Positions 28,922-39,509 are shown, numbered from the stretch's first letter. The stretch is DNA of 64,000 nucleotides from Desulfatiglandales bacterium (GCA_963667015.2 CAXXJJ010000001.1:256001-320000); one strand, 5' to 3'. Numbers and translations: made by a program. The notes: generated by a model from the letters alone, not told the origin.

Positions 28922-31576
28922 ATGAGGAGCCCAATGAAGACATACAATTTCAAGATTTATGCGATTATCCTGTTTTCCTCCCTTTTCGCTTTATTTTCCT
29001 GCAGCAGTGAACCGGAGAGTATCGAGGAGGCAAAATATGAGTTTGCCTTTCAAAACCCGGACCTTCCCCGTGATGCAAGAATTAATGACCTGATTAATCG
29101 CATGACGCTGGAAGAAAAGGTTTCTCAGCTTTCCAATACTTCTCCCGCAATTGAGAGGTTAGGGGTACCGGAATATAACTGGTGGAATGAGGCCCTGCAT
29201 GGTGTTGCCCGTGCCGGCCATGCAACGGTTTTCCCGCAGGCCATTGGGCTGGCTGCCACATGGAATTCCGATCTTATATATGAAGTCGCAGATGTAATCT
29301 CCACAGAAGCCCGAGCCAAGCATCACGAGGCATTAAGGAATAACGATCGCGGAAAGTATAAGGGCCTGACATTCTGGTCCCCAAACATAAATATTTTTCG
29401 TGACCCCAGATGGGGAAGAGGCCAGGAAACCTATGGCGAAGATCCTTATCTGACTTCACGTATTGGAGTAGCCTTTGTTAAAGGGCTCCAGGGAGACGAC
29501 CCCAAGTTTATGAAGGTTGCCGCCTGTGCGAAACATTTCGCTGTTCACAACGGCCCCGAGCATTTGCGCCATGAATTTGATGTTACGGTCAGTGAACGGG
29601 ATTTGTGGGAGACCTATCTTCCCGCCTTTAAGGCACTTGTCACGGAAGCAGATGTAGAAGCCGTTATGTGTGCCTATAATCGATATGACGGAGAGGCCTG
29701 TTGTGGAAGTGACCGGCTGCTTCGCAATATTTTGAGAGATCAATGGGGTTTTGACGGGCACATTGTCTCTGACTGTGGTGCGGTTGCCGATATCTACGCT
29801 AATCATAAGATTGTAGAAACTGCGCCTGAAGCGATCGCTCTTGCTATAAAAAGCGGTACCGATGTCAGATGCGGATGGGCTGATCCTCAATTAATGGAAG
29901 CGGTTAACGAGGGTTTGATTGCTGAAGATGATATCAATATTGCTTTAACTCACCTTTTAAATACAAGGTTTAAACTTGGCATGTTTGACCCGCCCGAGAT
30001 GGTGCCCTATGCCCGGATACCCTATGAAAAAAATAACGCACCGGAGCATAGTCAACTAGCCCTTAAGACGACACGGCAATCTATTGTCCTGCTTAAAAAT
30101 GAGAACTCTATCCTGCCATTATCAAAGAATCTGAAAAAGGTCGCAGTAATCGGACCAAACGCCGATAATTATGATTCTCTGCTTGGAAATTATAATGGTA
30201 CGCCTGTGGAGTATTCAACTGTCCTCACAGGAATTAAAAAGATCCTTCCGGAATCAACGGAAGTGGTCCATTCAATCGGAGTCAATTATCTTGGTGAAAA
30301 ATATGTCCTGATGCCCATACCGAAAGAATCCTTTTTCTATAACGGTGAAAACGGGATCAGGGCATCCTACTATTCAAATACCGAGCTCAAGGGGGAACCC
30401 TTTAAGGTCAAAATCGATAAAGATATAAACACTGTTTACGCCTACGGCCCGCCTCTGGAGGGCATGCCCCAGGATGGTTTTTCCATCCGCTGGGAAGGAG
30501 AGATCAAGGCGGGCACTACCGGGAAGTATTATATCGGCCTGAGAGGTGATGACGGTTTCAGGCTCTATATCGGGGACAAACTTGTGATTGATGCCTGGGA
30601 GGGGAGCGGTAAAAAATCGGAGTCCATTGAGCTGGACTTTGAGAAAGATAAATTCTACCCTTTTAAACTGGAATACTATGATGAAATGAACAATGCCCTG
30701 ATAATGTTTGGATGGCATGAACCCGGCTACGATTTACATGATCGTGCAATTCAGGCGGCCTCAGATGCAGATGCCATAATATTTGTTGGCGGAATAACTC
30801 CGCGCCTGGAAGGTGAAGAAATGGGAGAGCAGGTTAAATTTGAAGGCTTTTACCGCGGTGATCGAACAAAAATATCCCTGCCGGCCCCCCAGACGGAAAT
30901 GTTAAAGGATCTCGCGAAACTAAATAAACCGCTTGTATTTGTTAATATGAGCGGAGGAGCTGTTTCAATGAACTGGGAAAATGAACATGTCCCTGCAATC
31001 CTGCAGGCATGGTACCCGGGACAGGCGGGAGGCGAGGCAATCGCCGATATAATTTTTGGAGATTACAATCCTGCCGGCAGACTACCGGTTACCGTATATA
31101 AATCCGTAGACCAGCTCCCCGATTATGAAAATTATGACATGGAAGGTCATACCTATCGTTATTTTAATGGTGACCCTCTCTATCCCTTTGGTTATGGTCT
31201 GAGTTATTCCGATTTTGAATACGGCAATCTCAGTGTAACACCAGGGGTAATAGAAAAAGACAAAAATATCTCAGTTTCAGTTGACGTGAAAAACACATCA
31301 AAAGTTGACGGAGATGAGGTTATTCAGGTTTATATAACTGATAATAAGGCTTCGTTCCCTGTACCGATAAAATCATTAAAGGCGTTTAAAAGAATACATC
31401 TTAAGGCAGGCCAAAAAGAGACTGTGACCTTTAGTTTAACGCCTGATGATTTTGGGTTGTATGATGATGCCATGAAACGCATTGTTGAACCAGGAGATTT
31501 CACTGTAATGGTTGGAGGGAATTCCAGCAGTGGAATAAAGGCTACAATTGCAGCAGAAACCAAAATAGATATTTAA
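28922..31576 (+). CDS. GH3 beta-xylosidase/beta-glucosidase with PA14 insert, lipoprotein
   Basis: WWNEALHG, WSPNINIFRDPRWGRGQETYGEDP, KHF, SDC nucleophile, PA14 (FSIRWEG), Fn3-like C-terminus; lipobox LFSC. Confidence 0.93.
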   Translation: MRSPMKTYNFKIYAIILFSSLFALFSCSSEPESIEEAKYEFAFQNPDLPRDARINDLINRMTLEEKVSQLSNTSPAIERLGVPEYNWWNEALHGVARAGHATVFPQAIGLAATWNSDLIYEVADVISTEARAKHHEALRNNDRGKYKGLTFWSPNINIFRDPRWGRGQETYGEDPYLTSRIGVAFVKGLQGDDPKFMKVAACAKHFAVHNGPEHLRHEFDVTVSERDLWETYLPAFKALVTEADVEAVMCAYNRYDGEACCGSDRLLRNILRDQWGFDGHIVSDCGAVADIYANHKIVETAPEAIALAIKSGTDVRCGWADPQLMEAVNEGLIAEDDINIALTHLLNTRFKLGMFDPPEMVPYARIPYEKNNAPEHSQLALKTTRQSIVLLKNENSILPLSKNLKKVAVIGPNADNYDSLLGNYNGTPVEYSTVLTGIKKILPESTEVVHSIGVNYLGEKYVLMPIPKESFFYNGENGIRASYYSNTELKGEPFKVKIDKDINTVYAYGPPLEGMPQDGFSIRWEGEIKAGTTGKYYIGLRGDDGFRLYIGDKLVIDAWEGSGKKSESIELDFEKDKFYPFKLEYYDEMNNALIMFGWHEPGYDLHDRAIQAASDADAIIFVGGITPRLEGEEMGEQVKFEGFYRGDRTKISLPAPQTEMLKDLAKLNKPLVFVNMSGGAVSMNWENEHVPAILQAWYPGQAGGEAIADIIFGDYNPAGRLPVTVYKSVDQLPDYENYDMEGHTYRYFNGDPLYPFGYGLSYSDFEYGNLSVTPGVIEKDKNISVSVDVKNTSKVDGDEVIQVYITDNKASFPVPIKSLKAFKRIHLKAGQKETVTFSLTPDDFGLYDDAMKRIVEPGDFTVMVGGNSSSGIKATIAAETKIDI

Positions 31577-31610
31577 GAATTAACACTTTAAATTTAAGTA
31601 ATCCGAAAAG

Positions 31611-31640
31611 GCAGGGGCAGACACACAGGTCTGCCCCTGC
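31611..31640. repeat. REP-like palindrome between convergent genes
   Basis: GCAGGGGCAGAC-ACACAG-GTCTGCCCCTGC resembles the GTAGGGGCA...TGCCCCTAC REPs at 58.5-59.3 kb. Confidence 0.7.
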
Positions 31641-31645
31641 AATTA

Positions 31646-32800
31646 TTATGCATCCTCTCTCATTTTTTCAGCAGCTTCAATAATCTGTGAAGCGGCAGCT
31701 TTTATCTGTTCCCTGTCATTGAGTCTCCCGAGGGTCAATCTTAACGTACCCATTCCTACCTCCGGACTTACCCCCATTGCGGAAAGAACATGGGACAATT
31801 TAACAGTCCTGTCATGGCAGGCAGCCCCGGTAGAAGCCACAACATATTCCAGCATGCCAAGAAGCTTTCCCCCGTCTATACCCGGAATGGAAACATTCAA
31901 TGTATTAGGAAGCCTTTCTTCCGGGTGCCCGTTTAACATAAGGTCATCAATACCTTTAAAAAGAAGTTCCTGAAGAAGATCCCTCAATTCCTTTATTTCT
32001 TTGATCTCTGCAGCCAGCCCTTCTTTTGCCACCCTGCAGGCAGCACCAAGACCTGCAGCTAGAATTACATTTTCTGTCCCTGCCCGTTTTCCCATTTCCT
32101 GGCCAGCCCCATGTATAAGCGGTGTAAGACTCATTCCTTCCTTAATATAGAGAGCGCCGATACCTTTAGGCCCATACAGTTTGTGCCCCGCAACACTCAT
32201 GAAATCAACTCCGAGTTCCGCCACATTCACCTTTATCTTTCCCACTGCCTGGGCCGCATCGGTATGCAGTGGAATGGAATACTGCTTAGCAATTTCTGAT
32301 ATTTCCTTTACAGGTTGAAGGGTCCCTGTTTCATTATTGGCAAGCATAATGGATATCAGCACAGTCTTCCTGTTAATCGCCTTCTTTACGTCATCCGGGT
32401 TTACCATGCCATATTTACCCACCGGCAGAAAGGTAACATCCGCCCCGAGTTCCATAAGGTACATGGCTGGATTAACAATCGCAGGGTGCTCAACACTGCC
32501 TGTTATTATATGTTTCCCCTTAATACTTCCAGGCTCTGTAATGCCCTTGAGCACCATATTGTTAGACTCGCTTCCTCCCGAGGTAAAGATAAGCTCGCCG
32601 GCATTACAGTTAATCAGGTCCGCAACCTCCTGCCTGGCCTTTTCCACGGCCTCTTTTGCCCTGACACCAAGGTCGTAACCGCTTGAAGGGTTACCAAACT
32701 CACTGGTCATATATAATGTCATGATTTTTGCCGCTTCTTTGTCAACGGGTGTTGTTGCGTTATGATCAAGGTATATAAGTTTATCATCATGAGTATTCAT
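31646..32800 (-). CDS. Cysteine desulfurase, group I (NifS/IscS-like)
   Basis: YLDHNATTP, FGNPSS, NNETG, HTDAAQ, GHKLYGPKG, RAGTEN; catalytic loop STGAACH. Confidence 0.92.
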   Translation of the reverse strand: MNTHDDKLIYLDHNATTPVDKEAAKIMTLYMTSEFGNPSSGYDLGVRAKEAVEKARQEVADLINCNAGELIFTSGGSESNNMVLKGITEPGSIKGKHIITGSVEHPAIVNPAMYLMELGADVTFLPVGKYGMVNPDDVKKAINRKTVLISIMLANNETGTLQPVKEISEIAKQYSIPLHTDAAQAVGKIKVNVAELGVDFMSVAGHKLYGPKGIGALYIKEGMSLTPLIHGAGQEMGKRAGTENVILAAGLGAACRVAKEGLAAEIKEIKELRDLLQELLFKGIDDLMLNGHPEERLPNTLNVSIPGIDGGKLLGMLEYVVASTGAACHDRTVKLSHVLSAMGVSPEVGMGTLRLTLGRLNDREQIKAAASQIIEAAEKMREDA

Positions 32801-33036
32801 TTCACTTCTCCTGAATTCATAAACCTTATGTATAGTTTAATTGTAAGCTGCCATTAAAATGTCCGGTTTTCCATTAAAACAAGTATCAACTTATGCTACT
32901 GATTTAACGTGACAAATGGTCATATTTCTTGAAATTCAATATAATCACCATATAATTTTAATAATGTACGACAAGTCAAATATAGCTTAAATTTTTCTTA
33001 TTTGGCAAATGTAAAACCAGAATAGAGGAGCGAGAT

Positions 33037-35775
33037 ATGCCAAAGTATGTTTATTCTTTCGGAAAGACAAAGACAGATGGAAAAGCGGAAATGAAAAACC
33101 TGCTGGGCGGTAAAGGTGCCAACCTTGCCGAGATGAGCAGGCTTGGCATTCCGGTTCCTTCAGGCTTTACCATCTCAACAGACTGCTGTAACGATTTTTT
33201 AAAGAACAACGGAACGTTTCCTCCGGGGATGAAAACAGAAGTACAAAAGGCCCTGAAGCGAATTGAGGATGAAATGGGCATGAAATTCGGCGACCCTGAA
33301 AATCCGCTTCTTGTTTCATCACGATCCGGAGCCCGACAATCAATGCCCGGAATGATGGAAACGGTGCTGAATATAGGATTATGTTCAAAAACCATTCCCG
33401 GTCTTATCAAAAAGACGAACAATGAGCGCTTTGTCTATGACTCCTACAGAAGACTTATAAGCATGTATTCCGACGTGGTAATGGAAAAAGCGGAGGGAAT
33501 AGAACCTGAAGAGGGTAAAGGCATCCGTGTTCAGCTTGACGGCCTTATGCAAAAGCTTAAGGTGAAAAAGGGATATGTAAATGACATTGAATTAAATAGT
33601 AAAGACCTGAAGCATCTTTGTGATGAATTTAAAAAAATGGTCAAAAGGGTACTAGGGAAACCCTTTCCCGATGATCCCATGGATCAGCTCTGGGGAAGCA
33701 TTTCCGCTGTTTTCAAGAGCTGGAACGGCAAGCGTGCTGTTGCCTACAGAAGAATAGAAGGCCTTCCCGATGACTGGGGCACAGCCACGAATGTCCAGAC
33801 AATGGTCTTCGGTAACATGGGAGATACATCAGCAACAGGAGTCGCATTTACAAGAAACCCGGCCACAGGTGAAAACAGATTTTATGGCGAGTGGCTGCCC
33901 AATGCCCAGGGAGAAGATGTTGTAGCGGGGATCAGGACACCAAATCCATTAAATGAAGAGACAAAAAATAATCAGAATAAACACCTTGCCTCTCTGCAAA
34001 AGGCAATGCCGAAAATTTACAAACAGCTTTTTGCAATAAGGAATATACTGGAGAAACACTACCGCGATATGCAGGATATCGAGTTTACCATACAGGAAGG
34101 AACCCTTTATATGCTGCAGACCAGGGTCGGAAAGCGCACAGGAACTGCTGCATTAAACATGGCTACCGATATGCTGAAGGAGAAACTCATAACCGAAGAA
34201 ATGGCGGTCATGAGGGTTAAGCCCGAACAGCTCGATGAACTCCTGCATCCCATTGTTGACCCTGCGGCAGAAAAGAAAGCAAAGGAAATAGCAAGAGGCC
34301 TTCCGGCCGGACCTGGAGGGGCCGCGGGACAGATTGTTTTTACTGCTGACGAGGCAGTCGAATGGGCGCAGGAAGGGAAAAAGGTAATCCTGGTCAGGGA
34401 GGAAACAAATCCGGAAGATGTCTCCGGCATGAGGGCGGCTAAAGGCATCCTTACAGTCAGGGGCGGAATGACAAGTCACGCCGCCCTTGTGGCCAGGGGA
34501 TGGGGTAAATGCTGCATCGTGGGTGCAGGCATGATAGAGGTAGACGCCTCTGCAGGAAGGATGAGAGTGAACGGAAAGACCTATAAAAGGGGTGACGTAA
34601 TAACCCTCAACGGTACAAGGGGGCATGTGTATGAAGGCGAACTGGAAATGATCGACGCCACTGAAAATCCCCATTTTAAAAAATTCATGAAGCTTGTAGA
34701 CAAATACTGCAACATAGGCGTAAGGGCTAATGCAGATACCCCGAAGGATGCGCAGATTGCTCAGAGTTTCGGGGCGGAAGGAATTGGTCTTTTCAGAACG
34801 GAACATATGTTCTACGGCGACAAAAGCGATAAACCCCGTTTTTATTTGCGCCAGATGATCCTGAGCAGCACAGAAAAAGAGAGAAAGAGAGCACTTAAAA
34901 ATCTGTTCGGCTTTGTAAAAAAGGATGTAAAGGCCACACTTGAAGTAATGAAGGGACTGCCGGTAACATTTAGGCTTCTGGACCCGCCGCTGCATGAGTT
35001 TATACCCCAGGGGGCATGGAAGCTTCAGGAAATCGCAACCAGTCTTCATATAAGCGTAAATGAGATACGGAGACGAAAAGAGTTTCTGCACGAGGTCAAC
35101 CCGATGATGGGCCATCGCGGCGTGAGGCTCGGGATTACCTATCCTGAAGTAACTGAAATGCAGGTCCGTGCAATTTTTGAATCCGTCGCTGAGCTGCACA
35201 AGGCCGGAAAAAAGGCTCACCCTGAGATAATGGTGCCTGTGATCTGCGACGCAGGAGAACTGAAAGACCAGAAAAAGATAGTGGACCGGGTCTATCAGGA
35301 AGTTATTACAAAATATAAAATAAAGGGCATAGACTATAAGTTCGGGACGATGATAGAGATACCAAGGGCCTGCCTTATAGCCGATGAAATGGCTGAAGTG
35401 GCAGATTTTTTCAGTTTCGGTACAAATGACCTGACACAGATGGGAATGGGCATGAGCCGTGATGATATAGGCAGTTTTATAGATGAATATCTCAATAAAA
35501 ATATTCTGAAAGCCGATCCGTTTCAGACAATAGATCAGAAGGGGATAGGTCAGCTTATTGAAACGGGTATCTCAAAGGGGCGTTCAACAAACAGAAATCT
35601 CAAGGTTGGTATATGCGGTGAGCATGGAGGAGACCCTGCATCAGTTGCCTATTGTAATAAAGTGGGAATGAACTACGTAAGCTGCTCACCCTTCAGGGTA
35701 CCTATTGCAAGGCTGGCAGTAGCACAATCCGCCCTGGAATTAAAATTAATTAAAAAAGGCCAAAAAAGAAAATAA
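33037..35775 (+). CDS. ppdK: Pyruvate, phosphate dikinase
   Basis: LLGGKGANLAEM, SMPGMM, GGMTSHAA phospho-His, GIGLFRTEHMF, FSFGTNDLTQM, GICGEHGG. Confidence 0.97.
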   Translation: MPKYVYSFGKTKTDGKAEMKNLLGGKGANLAEMSRLGIPVPSGFTISTDCCNDFLKNNGTFPPGMKTEVQKALKRIEDEMGMKFGDPENPLLVSSRSGARQSMPGMMETVLNIGLCSKTIPGLIKKTNNERFVYDSYRRLISMYSDVVMEKAEGIEPEEGKGIRVQLDGLMQKLKVKKGYVNDIELNSKDLKHLCDEFKKMVKRVLGKPFPDDPMDQLWGSISAVFKSWNGKRAVAYRRIEGLPDDWGTATNVQTMVFGNMGDTSATGVAFTRNPATGENRFYGEWLPNAQGEDVVAGIRTPNPLNEETKNNQNKHLASLQKAMPKIYKQLFAIRNILEKHYRDMQDIEFTIQEGTLYMLQTRVGKRTGTAALNMATDMLKEKLITEEMAVMRVKPEQLDELLHPIVDPAAEKKAKEIARGLPAGPGGAAGQIVFTADEAVEWAQEGKKVILVREETNPEDVSGMRAAKGILTVRGGMTSHAALVARGWGKCCIVGAGMIEVDASAGRMRVNGKTYKRGDVITLNGTRGHVYEGELEMIDATENPHFKKFMKLVDKYCNIGVRANADTPKDAQIAQSFGAEGIGLFRTEHMFYGDKSDKPRFYLRQMILSSTEKERKRALKNLFGFVKKDVKATLEVMKGLPVTFRLLDPPLHEFIPQGAWKLQEIATSLHISVNEIRRRKEFLHEVNPMMGHRGVRLGITYPEVTEMQVRAIFESVAELHKAGKKAHPEIMVPVICDAGELKDQKKIVDRVYQEVITKYKIKGIDYKFGTMIEIPRACLIADEMAEVADFFSFGTNDLTQMGMGMSRDDIGSFIDEYLNKNILKADPFQTIDQKGIGQLIETGISKGRSTNRNLKVGICGEHGGDPASVAYCNKVGMNYVSCSPFRVPIARLAVAQSALELKLIKKGQKRK

Positions 35776-36149
35776 TTATTCATACCGAGTACAATACCTA
35801 AGGCCTCGTCGCTTGCGGCGAGGCAGGCCACTTTTAATTTTTATTTTATCCGAAATATTTTCCTCCATAACCTAAATATAAAGGTTCATTTACTGACATG
35901 CTTTATAAGGTTAAATTATATATAATTTAGTTTTTTCCGATAGAATAGACCTGATAAAAAGCATTATGACTTGACACTCTGTCAAAAGCCGTGTTAGTGA
36001 ATAAATCCTTATTTCGATAATAAAATGATAGTGTTATAGGATTTTTCAGACGGCAGCCGGATATTTTTGTCTGCCGGGGTTATTTATAGTATATCGAAAA
36101 TTAAATAATGTTAGGTTTTCTATCATTAAAACGTTAAAGGAGGAACAAA

Positions 36150-36944
36150 GTGAATATTATTGTATGCATAAAACAGGTCCCGGATACTGAAGCGCAGATA
36201 AAGATAGGTCCGGACGGAAAATCAATCGCTGAGAGCGATATCAAATGGATAATGAATCCCTATGATGAATTTGGCGTTGAAGAAGCATTAAAATTAAAGG
36301 AAAAATTTGGTGGCGAAGTGACTGTAGTGGGTCTCGGCCCCAAAAGGGTTACCGAATCAATACGAACTGCCCTGGCCATGGGGGCTGACAAGGGAGTGCT
36401 TGTTACTGACGATGCGCTTAACGGAAGTGATTCTATAGCCGTAGCAAAGGCCCTTGCCGCCGCAATTAAAGGTCTTGAATATGATATTATCTTTACCGGT
36501 CAGAGGGGTGTTGATGATGACAGCGGTCTGGTTGGCGCTGCCCTGGCAGAATATCTTGATATCCCTCAGGTATCGGTTATTACAAAGCTTGAAGTATCAG
36601 ATGACGGAAAAACAGTAAAGGCGAACAGGCCTGTTGAAGGTGAAACCCTTGTTGTTGAGGCAAACACACCTGTACTGCTCACTACCCAGAAGGGTCTCAA
36701 CGAACCCAGATATGCATCTCTGCCGGGCATTATGAAGGCAAAGAAAAAACCTCTCGAAGAAAAAAGCCTTGCTGATCTTGGTCTCGATGCCTCAGAATTC
36801 GGTACAGACGCCAGGAAACTCAAAATTGTTGAACTCACTCCGCCACCCGAAAGGGCTGCAGGCAAGATTATCGATGGTGATTCGCCTGAGGCAAAAGCGG
36901 CAGAACTGGCAAAGCTTTTACACGAAGAAGCGAAGGTTATTTAG
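36150..36944 (+). CDS. etfB: Electron transfer flavoprotein beta subunit
   Basis: IIVCIKQVPDT, MNPYD, ALAMGAD, NEPRYASL; GTG start after AAAGGAGG. Confidence 0.96.
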   Translation: MNIIVCIKQVPDTEAQIKIGPDGKSIAESDIKWIMNPYDEFGVEEALKLKEKFGGEVTVVGLGPKRVTESIRTALAMGADKGVLVTDDALNGSDSIAVAKALAAAIKGLEYDIIFTGQRGVDDDSGLVGAALAEYLDIPQVSVITKLEVSDDGKTVKANRPVEGETLVVEANTPVLLTTQKGLNEPRYASLPGIMKAKKKPLEEKSLADLGLDASEFGTDARKLKIVELTPPPERAAGKIIDGDSPEAKAAELAKLLHEEAKVI

Positions 36945-36998
36945 TCTAACCGCCTTATGATACAATAAACAGGATATAAAAAAGAAGGAGATATAAAT

Positions 36999-37979
36999 AT
37001 GGCTCAAGGAGTAATGATCATCGCTGAACAGAGAGATGGAGACATAAGAAAGATATCATATGAACTGGTAAGCGAAGGAAAAAGGCTTGCCGATGCCTCC
37101 GGTCAGGAGCTGACAGCGGTATTGCTTGGTTCAAATATAAAAGATAAAGCAGCAGAGCTTGGTAAATACGGTGCACCAAAGGTACTGGTTGCCGACGATC
37201 CAAGACTTGAAAAATATACAACAGACGCATACGCAGCAGTAATAGCAGAAATAGTCAAGGCCAATGATCCGGCTATTCTCCTGCTTGGTGCGTCATCTCA
37301 GGGCAAAGATCTTGCCGGTCGCCTTGCAGCAAAACTTGGTGTTGGCATGGCACAGGATTGCACCCAGTTTTCAGTAGATGGCGGCAAACTTGTAGCAATA
37401 AGGCCTATTTATGCCGGCAAGGCATATGCAAAGGTAACATATGATGACAGTTATCCGAACATGGCAACAGCCAGACCAAATGTTATGGCAATCAATGAAC
37501 CCGGTGACTCATCAGCAGAAATTGCTGATGCCTCTTTCACTCTCGATGATGCAGCAATAAAGACAAAGGTTGCAGAAGAGATCAAGGATGAAAGCGGAAA
37601 GGTCGACCTTACGGAAGCAGACAAGATTGTTGCCGGCGGTCGAGGAGTAAAGGGCCCTGAGGGCTTTGAAGTACTTGAAAAACTGGCTGAGGCAATTGGC
37701 GCCTCGGTTGGTGCATCACGTTCAGCCGTTGACGCAGGCTGGAGAACACACACTGATCAGGTAGGACAGACAGGTAAGGTTGTTTCACCTAACCTTTATA
37801 TTGCATGCGGTATTTCAGGCGCCATCCAGCATCTGGCAGGTATGTCAACTTCAAAATATGTTGTTGCCATAAATAAGGATCCGGAGGCCCCGATATTCCA
37901 GAAGGCCGATTATGGTATAGTCGACGATCTGTTTAATGTTGTCCCTGCACTGGCAGAAGAAGTAAAAAAAGTAATGTAA
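36999..37979 (+). CDS. etfA: Electron transfer flavoprotein alpha subunit
   Basis: [38 protein letters not shown]. Confidence 0.96.
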   Translation: MAQGVMIIAEQRDGDIRKISYELVSEGKRLADASGQELTAVLLGSNIKDKAAELGKYGAPKVLVADDPRLEKYTTDAYAAVIAEIVKANDPAILLLGASSQGKDLAGRLAAKLGVGMAQDCTQFSVDGGKLVAIRPIYAGKAYAKVTYDDSYPNMATARPNVMAINEPGDSSAEIADASFTLDDAAIKTKVAEEIKDESGKVDLTEADKIVAGGRGVKGPEGFEVLEKLAEAIGASVGASRSAVDAGWRTHTDQVGQTGKVVSPNLYIACGISGAIQHLAGMSTSKYVVAINKDPEAPIFQKADYGIVDDLFNVVPALAEEVKKVM

Positions 37980-37998
37980 TTTACAGTTATATATAAAT

Positions 37999-38038
37999 AA
38001 AAAAGGCCGGAAGCTGTTTAAGTTTCCGGCCTTTTTTT
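37999..38038. terminator. Bidirectional intrinsic terminator after etfA
   Basis: AAAAAAGGCCGGAA...TTCCGGCCTTTTTTT. Confidence 0.85.
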
Positions 38039-38049
38039 ATTCCCCTTGA

Positions 38050-38167
38050 TACGAAAGCCCCGGCAGAATGCTCCGGGGCGGCTCCGAATATGCCGTTACT
38101 GCTTTTTTTCTGTTCTTCCTCCTAGAAGGAAGTCCCCATGAATGCAACGGGCACTCCAGATACCTGA
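38050..38167 (-). ncRNA. Candidate sigma54-dependent small RNA
   Basis: Downstream of a -24/-12 box. No ORF. Ends at the GCCCCGG/CCGGGGC-TTTC hairpin. Contains several GGA motifs. Confidence 0.45.
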
Positions 38168-38178
38168 AATTAATAATT

Positions 38179-38293
38179 GCAATAGCTATGCCTGTTTCAG
38201 ATTATAAAATTTAGCCTAATTTAACATAATAATAAAAATATCATATTTTAAAATGTAGCATTCCAGCCACAGCAGTATGTCAAATTATACACA
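38179..38293 (-). promoter_or_regulatory. Sigma54 promoter with upstream TGT-N10-ACA enhancer-like site
   Basis: AGGCAT-AGCTA-TTGC at 38193-38179; AT-rich spacer; TGT-CAAATTATAC-ACA at 38278-38293. Confidence 0.55.
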
Positions 38294-38387
38294 GTATCTT
38301 GTATCATTACATCTGAGCAACCACAATTTTACGTCCAGATAAAAATCAGGATAAGAAATATTTTCTGCCAGACAGGTTATTATTTGA

Positions 38388-38415
38388 TTGACAAAATAAA
38401 AGATTTGGATAAATT
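38388..38415 (+). promoter_or_regulatory. Sigma70 promoter of the tRNA
   Basis: TTGACA-16 nt-TAAATT ending 12 nt before the tRNA. Confidence 0.65.
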
Positions 38416-38427
38416 AGGGGATTCATT

Positions 38428-38501
38428 GGCGATGTAGCTCAGATGGTCAGAGCATACGGCTCATATCCGTAGGGTCACTGGTTCAACTCCAGTCATCGCC
38501 A
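38428..38501 (+). tRNA. tRNA-Met(CAT), elongator type; CCA not encoded
   Basis: Acceptor stem GGCGATG/CATCGCC, anticodon arm TACGG-CTCATAT-CCGTA, T-arm GGTTCAACTCC; G1:C72 paired; followed by CTA. Confidence 0.95.
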
Positions 38502-38583
38502 CTATAAAAAAGTCAAAGAGGTGTTGACAATCTTGAAATCCGGTTTATTTTCACCGTGTGAAATATATCAAGAGAGTTTCGTA

Positions 38584-39120
38584 ATGACCGATTTGGCATT
38601 TAAGGATGATAATATCGATACCATCAGCGAGGCTCTTCTAATAGCTGAGGATAAGATCGGTGATTATTACAAATTTTCTTCGAGGCAGTGGAGGCGGCAT
38701 CAATATGATGTTAAAACCCTTGCAAATCTTGAAGAAGATGAAATAACATCCTTCGCTTTTGCCTTGCTCAGTAAACGCTCAAGGGTTATTGAAGGTTTCG
38801 ATTCAAGCACAAAAAAACGTGACTTCTACTATATATGCCTTCAGGATCATCTTATATTAAATGCCCTTCAAAGAGATAAAAAGCTGACCTTGTTACCACT
38901 CCTTGTATATATATTCACACACGAACTGGTTCATATTGTCAGGTTTTGTAATTTTTTACAGCGGTATGAAATAACAGGAAAAAACAGGGAATGTGAAGAA
39001 GGCCTGGTCCATGAGACCACATTCGATATTCTGAAACGAACTTCCCTGGGAAACATGGATTATATACTGAATTCATACAAACAGCACAGGCCCTGCAATC
39101 TGGCTGTGCAAAATTTTTAG
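38584..39120 (+). CDS. Conserved hypothetical protein with HExxH motif
   Basis: YIFTHELVHIVRF...EE..VH zincin-like motif. ATG at 38584 preferred over GTG at 38521. Confidence 0.75.
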   Translation: MTDLAFKDDNIDTISEALLIAEDKIGDYYKFSSRQWRRHQYDVKTLANLEEDEITSFAFALLSKRSRVIEGFDSSTKKRDFYYICLQDHLILNALQRDKKLTLLPLLVYIFTHELVHIVRFCNFLQRYEITGKNRECEEGLVHETTFDILKRTSLGNMDYILNSYKQHRPCNLAVQNF

Positions 39121-39137
39121 ACGAGAGGTGAATCAAA

Positions 39138-39452
39138 ATGCCTTTTTACGAATACGAATGTACAAAATGTCACTTTCACACAGAAGTATTACAGAAGATA
39201 TCCGATCCTCCGGTAACCAAATGTGAAAAATGCAAAGGCAAAATGAAAAAACTGATATCCCAGAGCACTTTTCATTTGAAGGGTTCAGGATGGTATGTTA
39301 CTGACTATGCGTCAAAATCAGGCGGATATGACGGCAAATCCGGATCGGGCGATTCCGGCATCGGTACGGAGTCCGCCAAAGAGACAAAAAGCAGCAGCCC
39401 TGATACTAAATCAAAGAAGAAAGAGACCAAGGCTGCCAAGGCAAAGGATTAG
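39138..39452 (+). CDS. FmdB-family zinc ribbon protein
   Basis: MPFYEYECTKC...CEKC...LKGSGWYVTDY. Confidence 0.92.
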   Translation: MPFYEYECTKCHFHTEVLQKISDPPVTKCEKCKGKMKKLISQSTFHLKGSGWYVTDYASKSGGYDGKSGSGDSGIGTESAKETKSSSPDTKSKKKETKAAKAKD

Positions 39453-39509
39453 TGATTATTGTTTATATTTTTTTTAATGGCCTAGTTGCCCCTTTAAAAA
39501 AGTAAGAAT

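Noticed and set aside
34153..35220. 355-aa antisense ORF (also 45505-46377 and many shorter shadows)
   Set aside because: They lie opposite well-supported genes (ppdK, UvrC-like and others) and have no motifs or RBS.
38428..38501. Initiator tRNA-fMet or tRNA-Ile2; tRNA as an integration site
   Set aside because: G1:C72 is paired and there is no GGG/CCC anticodon stem, so not initiator. Overall sequence resembles elongator Met, though Ile2 is not fully excluded. No integrase or duplicated 3' end seen.
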